Below are positions 1 through 8,367 of a DNA stretch of 64,000 nt, in pieces. The DNA lies in contig JAXMNT010000031.1 of the NCBI GenBank assembly GCA_034670305.1, forward strand, positions 1 to 64,000, in the 5' to 3' direction. The DNA comes from Deltaproteobacteria bacterium. GTDB lineage: Bacteria; Myxococcota_A; Polyangia; Polyangiales; Houyiibacteriaceae. A program made the position numbers and the translations under genes. Every line of letters starts with the position of its first letter. Positions within the stretch are counted from its first letter, which is position 1. Under the pieces are notes generated by a model. That model worked only from the letters and a program-made list of their open reading frames with translations, searched no databases and was not told where the DNA came from.

Positions 1-150
1 ACTGAACTCGCCTGCGCCCTCGGCGATGTTGGCGACGACGGAAGTCGCAGCGCGATCGATCTGGTCTCGGAGGTGAGCACGGCCTCGCGGGAGCTGCTCG
101 GCGATGAGGTCGCAGGCGTCGAGGGCACGGACTGCTGCTCGATCTGCGCA
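1..150 (-). pseudogene. Four-helix-bundle protein (23S rRNA IVP/bAvd-like family), 5'-truncated; runs off the left edge
   Basis: Manual minus-strand translation gives ...RAAVRALDACDLIAEQLPRGRAHLRDQIDRAATSVVANIAEGAGEFS, with the family-typical QxxRAAxSxxxNIAEG motif. An in-frame TGA lies at 151-153 and there is no start codon after it. Not in the ORF track. Confidence 0.7.
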
Positions 151-251
151 TCAGCGAGGCCAACGGTAAAAGCGAACGCGAGACCGCGATCGAGATGCTG
201 CTTCGACACGTCGAATCGCAGGCCCGGCGGCTTCGTCCGCTGGGCATCGGG

Positions 252-357
252 CACCGATTCGCGGCCTCTCGCGAAACACACGGCGTCCACGACGCGGGCA
301 AGGGCACGGGCAAGGGCAACGGCAAGGGAGCAGGTCGCTTTTTCAGCGACCTGCTAG
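252..357. repeat. Dispersed ~105-bp intergenic element, copy 1 (GGGCAA/GGGCAC tract plus 11-bp hairpin)
   Basis: Near-identical to the reverse complement of 37708-37815. Hairpin AGCAGGTCGCT-ttttc-AGCGACCTGCT at 329-355. Confidence 0.9.
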
Positions 358-399
358 CTGAACCGAGCGACCGGGCCGGACGTTGGGGGCGCAGTCGGT

Positions 400-1254
400 C
401 TACGAGGCCATGACGACGGTGAGGTCGACGCGGTCGACCGAGGCGCGGTGGAGGCGCATGCGCCAGTCGACGCCGAGGATCTCGTGCTCGGCGAGCGGCT
501 CCCAGATGTTCTCGCCCTGCAGGGGCTCACTGGAGAAGATGAGGTGGTTCACGAACCCGGTCTTGGTCGGTGCTTCGCATTCGGCGGCGAGGCTCGGACA
601 GGAATCCCGGTCGGCGCACTTCTTCTTGAAGGTGGACCAGTAGAGTTCCTTGCCGCCTTGCACCGCGGCCATCGTCGTTCCGTCGGTGAGAATGATGGTC
701 AGCAGCGCGCGGTTGTCGGCGTCGTCGCAGATGGCCCGCACCTTCGCGACGGTGGCGCGGAGCGCGGGTACGACCGCGTCGATCCCGAACCGGGACCCAA
801 GCGCCCCATTCGCGCTGAGCTCGGAGAGGAACAGCAGGAAGATGACTTCGCTGTCGGTGTCACCCAGCACGAAGCGTCGAAGCCGTGGCGCGATCTCGGC
901 GAGCAACTCCGCCCGCTTCGCGGCGAAGTTCGGGATGTCGCCGTTGTGCGCCATCACCCACCGGCCGTACTGAAACGGGTGGCAGTTGAGCACCGTCAGG
1001 TTGCCCTGGGTGGCCTTGCGCACGTGCGCGAGCACCGTCTCCGACGCGACCACGCCACTGACCCGATGAAAGAGTTGGTCGCTCACCGCCGTCGTCGGGC
1101 TTCGGGTGATGTGCGGTGATCCGTCCACGTAGAACGCGACCCCCCACCCGTCCGGATGCTGGTTGCTCTGGGTGCCAAGCGCGTTGTCCGCCGCGACGAG
1201 CGAGCGGTGTACTTGGCTGGGGATCACACTGCGGAAACCAAAGAGTCGGCACAT
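400..1254 (-). CDS. Class II glutamine amidotransferase (YafJ/EgtC-like Ntn hydrolase)
   Basis: N-terminal MCRLFG nucleophile, plus HPDGWG, AHVRKAT, NCHPF, HNG, GDTDSE and SSEPL motifs. Confidence 0.9.
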   Translation of the reverse strand: MCRLFGFRSVIPSQVHRSLVAADNALGTQSNQHPDGWGVAFYVDGSPHITRSPTTAVSDQLFHRVSGVVASETVLAHVRKATQGNLTVLNCHPFQYGRWVMAHNGDIPNFAAKRAELLAEIAPRLRRFVLGDTDSEVIFLLFLSELSANGALGSRFGIDAVVPALRATVAKVRAICDDADNRALLTIILTDGTTMAAVQGGKELYWSTFKKKCADRDSCPSLAAECEAPTKTGFVNHLIFSSEPLQGENIWEPLAEHEILGVDWRMRLHRASVDRVDLTVVMAS

Positions 1255-1297
1255 CGTCGGCGCACCATACCGGAGAACCCGGGGGCTTGCTCCAGAG

Positions 1298-1512
1298 CCG
1301 CAGAGCTGCAGGACCGCAGAGGTGCAGGACCGCAGGACCGCACCAAGGGCAAGGGCAGGGGCAAGGGCATCGCGCCGCTGGCGCTGGCAAGGGAGCTGCA
1401 GGACCGCAGAGCTGCAGGACCGCAGAACCGCACCACGGGCAGGGGCAAGGGCATCGCGCCTTTGGCGCTGGCAAGGGAGCTGCAGGACCGCAGAGCTGCA
1501 GGACCGCAGGAC
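1298..1512. repeat. Intergenic composite tandem repeat (~85-90-bp unit, about 2.4 copies, built from GCAGGACC/GCAGAGCT 8-mers and GGGCAA hexamers)
   Basis: GCTGCAGGACCGCAG recurs throughout, and GGGGCAAGGGCATCGCGCC..TGGCGCTGGCAAGGGA occurs twice. Confidence 0.85.
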
Positions 1513-2811
1513 CTACGGGACGAGGGCGTCGCAGCCTTCGCCGCGGATGCTCGGGATGACGATCTGAACGACCGTGCTCTTGAGGTTGTTCACGCCGTCG
1601 CCGCGCAGGATGATCGTGAGGAAGTACACGATGGGTTCTTCGCCGCGCATGATGGTGTCGTTGGCGAGCATCACCCGGAGCCCGACGCGCGTGCCGGGGC
1701 GCACCCGCTCGTACCGGTCGCCGAGGTCGTCGGCGCCCGAGGCGGGCGTGGCCCCGGTGGTCACGATGCCGGTGACGAACTCGCGGGCGTCGTAGTCGTC
1801 GCCTGGGTAGTCCTCGGTGATCGCGTCGATGTTGATTGGGGTCTCGTCGACGAGCTGCCGGACGACGTCGATGACGCCGCGGTCGAGCCGTTCACCGCTC
1901 GTCCCGATGTCCACGACGATGGGCGACCCGTCTTCGGTGACCGCGCCGGTGTCGCGCGCGATCTGCTCGAGGTCGCGCACGGCCGGCGGAGTGCCGGGAC
2001 CGAACGAGCCGCCGCTGTAGAGGCCAAGCACCTTCGCGCCGATCGAACGGAGCGCGGTGACCGCGTCCTCGTAGACGGCGGGCGGAGGCGCGATGCCCAT
2101 GTAGGGTTCGCTGCCGCCGGGTCCGTTGTGGAACGCGGCGTCGGTGAAGAGCAGGATGATCGGCGTGCCTTCGCCGCGGAAACACGGCGCCCCCACGGTG
2201 CCGTCCGGACAGCGGCGGCCGGGGACGCGGAAGCTCGGCAGACCAGCGCCGGTCGCGACCTGAAAGAGCGCTTCGGTGTGGCTCTCGGGTACGTCGCTGC
2301 CGCTGAGGAACGAAAGGCTGTTCACGCCGGCCTGCGCTTCCGGAAGGCTGGCCGTGCTGCGTTGCAAGAGCCGGAACGGGATGTCGTTCGAGGTGTCGCC
2401 GTAGGGGGAGACCGGGTAGTCGGCGAACTCCGCGACACTCAGCTGCACGTCCGAGATCTCTTCGATGAGGGCCGGCGAGATCACGTCGTTCAGGCCGCGC
2501 TGAATCTGCCCGATCTCTTCGGTCATGCTCCCGGTCACGTCGACGAGGAACAAGACGTCGGCGGTGGAGATGCGCGCGACGAAGGCGACGTCCACGAACT
2601 CGGGCGGCTCGTCCGGAGGAAGCTCGATGCAGACGTCCGGGGGGGGCGGCGGCACGAACCCATCGATCGGCGGAGCGTCGCGAAGCGGCGCGTCGATCGG
2701 GACGAAACCGTCCTCTTCGGGGCCGGCATCGACGAACGGCACGTTCAATCCGGTCTTGGCGCCACAGGCACCGAGCAGAAGAACGAAGAGGAGCGAGAGA
2801 GGGCGGTTCAT
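1513..2811 (-). CDS. VWA-domain lipoprotein, integrin-beta-like (paralog A)
   Basis: Start re-called at MNRPLSLLFVLLLGAC-GAKTGL (lipobox). MIDAS-like DVTGSM, SDVPESHTEALFQVATG, LFTDAAFH. Confidence 0.85.
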   Translation of the reverse strand: MNRPLSLLFVLLLGACGAKTGLNVPFVDAGPEEDGFVPIDAPLRDAPPIDGFVPPPPPDVCIELPPDEPPEFVDVAFVARISTADVLFLVDVTGSMTEEIGQIQRGLNDVISPALIEEISDVQLSVAEFADYPVSPYGDTSNDIPFRLLQRSTASLPEAQAGVNSLSFLSGSDVPESHTEALFQVATGAGLPSFRVPGRRCPDGTVGAPCFRGEGTPIILLFTDAAFHNGPGGSEPYMGIAPPPAVYEDAVTALRSIGAKVLGLYSGGSFGPGTPPAVRDLEQIARDTGAVTEDGSPIVVDIGTSGERLDRGVIDVVRQLVDETPINIDAITEDYPGDDYDAREFVTGIVTTGATPASGADDLGDRYERVRPGTRVGLRVMLANDTIMRGEEPIVYFLTIILRGDGVNNLKSTVVQIVIPSIRGEGCDALVP

Positions 2812-2942
2812 CGGAGTCCAGAGTGTCGGTTGACCGTCGGTCGGTCGAGGGCGATGCCCCCTAAGTGGCACCAACCTCAAGCAATCATCATACCCACACT
2901 TGGCGTGCCTCGCTGTGCCACCCCGGGCTTCGCGTTGCGTGG

Positions 2943-4217
2943 CTACATGTCGCATCCGCCGCCATCTTCCCCAGGAATGACGAAAACCACGTCGTTTCGG
3001 GCCAACCGACTGCGGCGGAAGGCGCGAAAGAGCACCCGGGCCGGGATGCGAATCGTCTCCGGAACCACCGGAAAACTGCCCGCGTCCAGCTCGATCTCGA
3101 AGGTGACCCGTGTCCCAGGGATCACACCCACGAACTCGTCTTCGGCGATTTCGGTCACACCGTCGGGCGGATCCGCCGATAGCGGCCGCACCGCGCGCAC
3201 CAGATCGCGGGCGTCGTACATGTCGCCGAGGACGTCCTCGACGAGTGCGTCGACATCGAGCGGCGTGCCTTCCGCGAGGCGCTGGATCGCGTCCACGATG
3301 CCGGTGCCCACGCCGGTGCCCGCGCCCCCGATGTCGAACGCGAGCGGGGTGCCGTCCGCCTCGACGGCGCCGGTGTCGCGGGCCAGCGCGCGCAGGTGGC
3401 TCATCGGAGACATGGAGAACGAGTCCCGCGCACCGAGGCCGATCACGAGCACACCGAGCGCGCGAAGCGCCTCGATGGACTCGGCGTAGGTGTGCGGCGT
3501 GCCCGGCGTGGTGAAGCGGTAGCGGCTGACCGGCGCGACGCTCGGCGGACCGTTGTTCATCGGCGCGTCGGTGATCAAGACCACGACCGGCAGTGAGTCG
3601 CGTCGAAAGCAGACGCCTCCGAGACCACCCGATGCGCAGCCGGCCGAGGTCGGGATCCACGGCGAGAGACCGTCGCCGGTCGCGACCTGGTAGAGCCCTT
3701 CGACCTGTGCTTCGGGTTCGTCGAAGTTGCCCCAGCTCGGCAACCCTTCGAGGGCCGATTCGACCAGGAGCAGATCGCTCGTGATGGGCGTTCGAAGTTC
3801 GAACGGCTCGACGTCTCGAGGGCCATGCGGTGCGACGGGGAACTCACCCACGAGCGCGACGCCGAACGCGGCGTCCGGAATCGCGGCGCGCACGCCGGGC
3901 ACCACCCGGTCGCGGAGCCGGTTTCGAATGTTGTCGATTTCGTCGAGCATCGAGGCGGTCGCGTCGAGCAGGAAGAAGACGTCGGCGACGGCCAAGCTCA
4001 CAGGCGCTTCGAACGAGGTTCGAACCGGGCCGCCTTCGCGCGGGATCTCGATGCAGGGGGGCGGTACGAACGCATCGACGCCGGCATCGATCGGGGGCGG
4101 TGCGTCCGGACCGCCGTCCATGGGCGCGTCCGGCTGGTAGAGGCCCGTCTTTGCACCGCAGCCGAAGCCGACGAGGAGCAGGGCGAGGGAGGCCGCCTTG
4201 GTCAGGGTTCGTCGCAT
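2943..4217 (-). CDS. VWA-domain lipoprotein, integrin-beta-like (paralog B)
   Basis: Start re-called at MRRTLTKAASLALLLVGFGC-GAKTGL. DATASM, GNFDEPEAQVEGLYQVATG, LITDAP. Confidence 0.85.
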   Translation of the reverse strand: MRRTLTKAASLALLLVGFGCGAKTGLYQPDAPMDGGPDAPPPIDAGVDAFVPPPCIEIPREGGPVRTSFEAPVSLAVADVFFLLDATASMLDEIDNIRNRLRDRVVPGVRAAIPDAAFGVALVGEFPVAPHGPRDVEPFELRTPITSDLLLVESALEGLPSWGNFDEPEAQVEGLYQVATGDGLSPWIPTSAGCASGGLGGVCFRRDSLPVVVLITDAPMNNGPPSVAPVSRYRFTTPGTPHTYAESIEALRALGVLVIGLGARDSFSMSPMSHLRALARDTGAVEADGTPLAFDIGGAGTGVGTGIVDAIQRLAEGTPLDVDALVEDVLGDMYDARDLVRAVRPLSADPPDGVTEIAEDEFVGVIPGTRVTFEIELDAGSFPVVPETIRIPARVLFRAFRRSRLARNDVVFVIPGEDGGGCDM

Positions 4218-5503
4218 CCGGCGCCGTCCGTGCCGGGGACCACGATGTCGATGAACGCGCGGCTGATTCTTCGCCGCATGTCGCCCCGGAAGATGACCTC
4301 GAGGCGGAAGCGCTGGGGTCTCGGTCCAGGCACCACTGCGTCGTTGCGGAGCACGACTTCCCAGGTGAGCAGGGTGCCGGCGGTGACATCTCGGAACACG
4401 CCCGCGTCGAAGTCGATCGAACCCACGCCGGACATCGGGTCCGCGCTCAGCGGACGGAGCGCTTCCACGAAGTCGGCCGAGTTGACGTCGTCGGTGGGAT
4501 CCCCATCGAAGTAGATCGCGTCGACGTCCTGTTCGGCGGTGCTCGCAAAGGTTCGAATCGCTTCGACGACGCCCGCGCTCAAGCCCTCGCCGGTCGAGCC
4601 GATGTCGTAGACCAGCTCGTCCCCATCGGCGACAGCGCCCGTGTCTCTCGCGACCCGTTCCAGGTGTTGTCGGGGCACGCCCCGACCGGAATCGAATCCG
4701 ATGACCCGCATGTCGAGCGCGCGCAGTGCCGCGAGGGCGTCGGGGTAGGTCGCGGGTCTTGGCACGACGTCGCTGCCGTAGGGATGGGCACCGTCGGGAC
4801 CGTTGTGGAACTCGGCGTCGGTGAACAGCATCACCACAGCCATGGCGTCGCTTCGGAAGCAGGCGTAGCCGCGGCCGCCGCTTGGACAACCAGCACTCGG
4901 GGGCACGTGGCTGCCGCGGCCTTCTCCGGTCGCGAGTTGGTAGAGCGCTTCGACCTGGCTCTCCTCGACGTCGCGCCCGTCCGCCATCGTGATCGAGTTG
5001 ACCGCGGCCTGCACCGCTGAGATGTCGTCGGTCATCGGCAGGCGCAGCTCGAAGGGTTTGTCGCCCCGGACCGAGGACCCGTACGAGCCGACCGCGAAGT
5101 CTGCGAACGTGGCGACCGCGAGACGCGAGTCGGGAATGGCCTCTCGGATGGCCGGCGCGATCGAGTCGCGCAAGCGCGCGCGGATGCGATCGATCTCCTG
5201 GTCCATGGACGAGGTCACGTCGATCAAGAACGCGATGTCCGCGGCGCCGATCTGCGCTTCGACCTCGAGCGAGATCTCCACCGGTCCCCCGTCGAAGGGG
5301 ACCTCGATGCAGAGGTCGGCGTCGATGCCGGCGTCCATGCCGCTGTCGATGCCCGCATCGAATGAAGCATCGGGTGCGTTGTCGCCTCCGTCGGGCACAT
5401 AGAGGCCGGTTTTCGCGCCACAGCCCACGCACGCCAAGGCCGTCGCCAAGGTCACCGCGTGGCGGAGCGAGGGCGTTGTTCGCAGACCGGAACTCAGACG
5501 CAT
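4202..5503 (-). CDS. VWA-domain lipoprotein, integrin-beta-like (paralog C)
   Basis: Start re-called near MRLSSGLRTT..LACVGC-GAKTGL (alternative start 5512). DVTSSM, DVEESQVEALYQLATG, LFTDAEFH. Its stop overlaps the start of paralog B. Confidence 0.85.
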   Translation of the reverse strand: MRLSSGLRTTPSLRHAVTLATALACVGCGAKTGLYVPDGGDNAPDASFDAGIDSGMDAGIDADLCIEVPFDGGPVEISLEVEAQIGAADIAFLIDVTSSMDQEIDRIRARLRDSIAPAIREAIPDSRLAVATFADFAVGSYGSSVRGDKPFELRLPMTDDISAVQAAVNSITMADGRDVEESQVEALYQLATGEGRGSHVPPSAGCPSGGRGYACFRSDAMAVVMLFTDAEFHNGPDGAHPYGSDVVPRPATYPDALAALRALDMRVIGFDSGRGVPRQHLERVARDTGAVADGDELVYDIGSTGEGLSAGVVEAIRTFASTAEQDVDAIYFDGDPTDDVNSADFVEALRPLSADPMSGVGSIDFDAGVFRDVTAGTLLTWEVVLRNDAVVPGPRPQRFRLEVIFRGDMRRRISRAFIDIVVPGTDGAGCDEP

Positions 5504-5607
5504 CGCGCCCATCCTAACAGCCTCGAACACGGTAGGCCCACTGGGTGGCAGAACATCGTCCTCTTCGTAGGGCCGGACGCGTCGGAGCGAAAGTCCGGGC
5601 GAGGGAC

Positions 5608-6675
5608 TCATCGTTTCTTCCAGGTCGCTCGGCGTTTCGCCGCGCGGGCCCGAGCCCGGTCCCGGGAGAACAGATCGACGTAGTCGATGGCCATCGGCTC
5701 CACCGCGGCGGCGTCTCCGAAGGTGGGCAGCTTTCGCTCGAGCTGCGTGCCGAAGGCTCGGAGCGCGTCGGTGGCTCCGGCGAACTGTTGAACCTCGGCC
5801 TGGCAGGCGGCTGCCGCGACCCGAGCCGCGACCGTCCGCCCGATGTGGCGTCGCGCCGCGAGGTCCACCGTGCTCGCGACGAGGGCGTCGGCCCCGAAGC
5901 GGTGCTGGTGCACCAGATCCGCGGCGACCCGCAAGGTGGCGGCTTCGTCGATCGCGCCGTCTTTGCAGAGCACCAGCGAAGGCTGGAAGTAGTTGTGGAA
6001 GGGACACACGCGGACGCCGAACTCCTCGAAGACGTCCGGGGCGCTCATTCGTTCGAGGTGGATGAAGATCCGCCGGACCGCGTCCCGGTGCGGCAGTCGC
6101 TGCGCGCGCCGGACCAGGGATGGGATCTCGTCTCGGTACACGTTCGCGCGGTCGAGCACCGCGAGCAGCGTCTTGGTCCCGATGCGCCCCGCGCCGAGAT
6201 CGGCGTACAGGGAGTAGATGAACGCGTCGGCCTCGGCGTCGTCCCCGAACAGCACCTCTTGGGTCTCGGGCGGCGCGTCGATGCGCGCGTCCAGCAGCGC
6301 GGCGAGTTTGTAGCTCACCTGGTCTTTCAGGAACCGAACCTTGCCCCGCAAGAGCTTCCGAAACGTCGGTTTGAGGGTGAACGAGTCCCATCGAATGCCG
6401 TCGAGCCGAAGTTTCTCCTCGAGCACTTTGCGCATCTGCTCCGGGCTGCCCGAGAGGATGTAGATGCCGGCCGGTCCGGTGGCCCGGAGCTCGCGGAGCA
6501 AAGCCGATGCACCCGGTACGGTGCGTTTGAGTTCAGCCCCCTCCATCGCGGTCCGGATCAGATCGCGGATCGTGTCGAACTCCGTGCGCAGGTACGTCTT
6601 GTCCAGGTCCCACCGGTAGATGGTGTTTCCCGGAGACAAGAACGGATCGGGGCGCGGTCCCACGCCGCCGACCAT
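5608..6675 (-). CDS. HAD-superfamily phosphatase-like protein (App1/DUF2183-like)
   Basis: WDLDKT (motif I DxDxT), LSGSP, and LFGDDAEAD acidic motif IV. Confidence 0.65.
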   Translation of the reverse strand: MVGGVGPRPDPFLSPGNTIYRWDLDKTYLRTEFDTIRDLIRTAMEGAELKRTVPGASALLRELRATGPAGIYILSGSPEQMRKVLEEKLRLDGIRWDSFTLKPTFRKLLRGKVRFLKDQVSYKLAALLDARIDAPPETQEVLFGDDAEADAFIYSLYADLGAGRIGTKTLLAVLDRANVYRDEIPSLVRRAQRLPHRDAVRRIFIHLERMSAPDVFEEFGVRVCPFHNYFQPSLVLCKDGAIDEAATLRVAADLVHQHRFGADALVASTVDLAARRHIGRTVAARVAAAACQAEVQQFAGATDALRAFGTQLERKLPTFGDAAAVEPMAIDYVDLFSRDRARARAAKRRATWKKR

Positions 6676-6783
6676 ACCTCAGCTCGCCCCCAATCCATCG
6701 CGTCTGAGCACCGTTGGACCGGGTCGGGGACTTCCCGACATACGAGTCCGCGCCGTTGACAGGGGTCCCTGGACAGGGGCAGG

Positions 6784-8367
6784 TTGAAACCCGTGCGTTC
6801 CCTATCCTGCCTCACCTGTCTTCTGGCACTCGCGTGCAACGGAAACATCGGTGAACCCCCTGGCTCGGACGACCCCGATCGTCCGGGATACGACCCGGTC
6901 GACGCCCGCTTCGAAACCCGCGTCTGGCGCCTCAGTCCGCTTCACTACGAGGCGGAGATGCAGCGGCTCTTCGGTGACCAGGTCGAGGTGTCGTCGATCC
7001 CCGAAGGCGCACCCGAACACCACCTCACCGACATCGCCGCCAACCAGCGGGTCGACGTGGGCAACGCGGGACTCTTCGCGGAGAGCGCGCGTTCGGTGGC
7101 CAGTTGGCTGCGGAGCAACCCCGGCGCGATGCGTTGCGGCGCGCCAGGCTCCGACGCCTGCGTGGACGAAGTGCTCGCTTGGTTGCCGTCCGAAGCGTTT
7201 CGCCGACCGGTGACCGCTGAGGAGCGCGCGGAGCTGCGGGCCCTCTTCGACGCGCTTCAGACCGAGTACGGCTACGACTACGCGTTCGCCGGCATGATCC
7301 GCGCGGTCCTGCTCTCGCCGCACTTCCTTTACCGCACCGAGCTCGGCGACGGCTCGAGTGGCGACATCGCAGAGCTGACCCAGGACGAGATCGCGAGTTT
7401 GCTCGCGTTTGCGTTGACGGACCAGGGGCCGGACGAAGCGCTTCGGAGCGCGGGCGACCTCACCGATCCAGATGTGCGCGAAGCGCAGGCCCGTCGGCTG
7501 ATGGGTTCCTCCAGCGCGATGTGGCAGCGGTTCTTCTGGGAGTGGCTGCACATGGCAACGCTCGAGAGCCAGGGTCCCGAGGTGGGTCTCTCCGGCGGCA
7601 TGGTCGAGCAGATCCGGGAAGAGTACGAAGCGTTCGTCGGCAACATCGTCGTGGAGGAGCGTGGCTCCCTGCGGGATCTCCTGACCGCCACCCACACGTG
7701 GACACGTCCTGGACTCGCGGCGCACTACGGCGCGGAGCACCCCGGCGGCGGCCTCGCGCGGGTGGAGCTCGATCCCACCCAGCGGGGTGGACTCCTGACG
7801 CAGGCGGCGTGGCTCGTCAGTCACGGCAAGCGAGGACGCGCAAACGTCGTCCGGCGTGGCATGGGCACATTCGTGGACGCGATGTGTTTCAACGTCACGC
7901 CGCCCAACGACCTCGACCTCGAAGCGGAACTCGAGCGCATCGCAGGACCCGACGCCACGGTGCGCGAGATCGTGGTCGCCCGGGGCGAGGACGGAACCTG
8001 CGGCAACTGTCACCGCCTCGCCGATCCCATCGGCCTGGTGTTCGAGTCGTTCGCGAGCGATGGCTCGTGGCAGACCGAGTACGAGAGCGACGGCCTCCCC
8101 GTCGAGACCGACATCACCATGGAAGGCCTCGGCGACTTCGACCGCGCCAACGACTTCTCCGCGGCGTTGGTCGACGACGTTCGTTTCCAGCACTGCCTCG
8201 TTCAGCGCCTCGCCCACTTCATGGTCGGCGTGGACGTGGGCTCTCCGGGTGCCATCACCTGGACGCACGAGGCGCATGCCGCGTTCCGTGAACAGGACCT
8301 GTCGTTCGAAGCGCTGGTCGTCTCCATCGTCCGGCACCCCGCGTTCATCGAGCGGAGCAAACCATGA
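6784..8367 (+). CDS. DUF1592/DUF1588/DUF1595-type lipoprotein with a CxxCH motif
   Basis: Lipobox LALAC. RLS..Y, AFRRP, LLSPHFLYR, RGGLLTQAAWL, CGNCH..DPIGLVFESF. Confidence 0.85.
   Translation: MKPVRSLSCLTCLLALACNGNIGEPPGSDDPDRPGYDPVDARFETRVWRLSPLHYEAEMQRLFGDQVEVSSIPEGAPEHHLTDIAANQRVDVGNAGLFAESARSVASWLRSNPGAMRCGAPGSDACVDEVLAWLPSEAFRRPVTAEERAELRALFDALQTEYGYDYAFAGMIRAVLLSPHFLYRTELGDGSSGDIAELTQDEIASLLAFALTDQGPDEALRSAGDLTDPDVREAQARRLMGSSSAMWQRFFWEWLHMATLESQGPEVGLSGGMVEQIREEYEAFVGNIVVEERGSLRDLLTATHTWTRPGLAAHYGAEHPGGGLARVELDPTQRGGLLTQAAWLVSHGKRGRANVVRRGMGTFVDAMCFNVTPPNDLDLEAELERIAGPDATVREIVVARGEDGTCGNCHRLADPIGLVFESFASDGSWQTEYESDGLPVETDITMEGLGDFDRANDFSAALVDDVRFQHCLVQRLAHFMVGVDVGSPGAITWTHEAHAAFREQDLSFEALVVSIVRHPAFIERSKP

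Noticed and set aside
1298-1512. Possible CRISPR array (also considered 15577-15676, 41360-41490 and 55800-55871)
   Set aside because: Units are directly tandem with no unique spacers, and there are no cas genes nearby.
1156-3489. 777-aa plus-strand ORF, and similar long antisense ORFs (42289-46380, 48237-50966, 58118-62896)
   Set aside because: Shadow frames opposite well-supported genes, expected in very GC-rich DNA, with no recognisable motifs.
2812-6391. Long N-terminal extensions of the three VWA ORFs in the track (715, 829 and 729 aa)
   Set aside because: The extensions overlap neighbouring genes. Clear lipoprotein signal peptides mark the internal starts.
6756-6780. TTGACA and a GACAGGGG direct repeat before the DUF1592 gene
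   Set aside because: No credible -10 element at the right spacing, and too close to the start codon to call a promoter.
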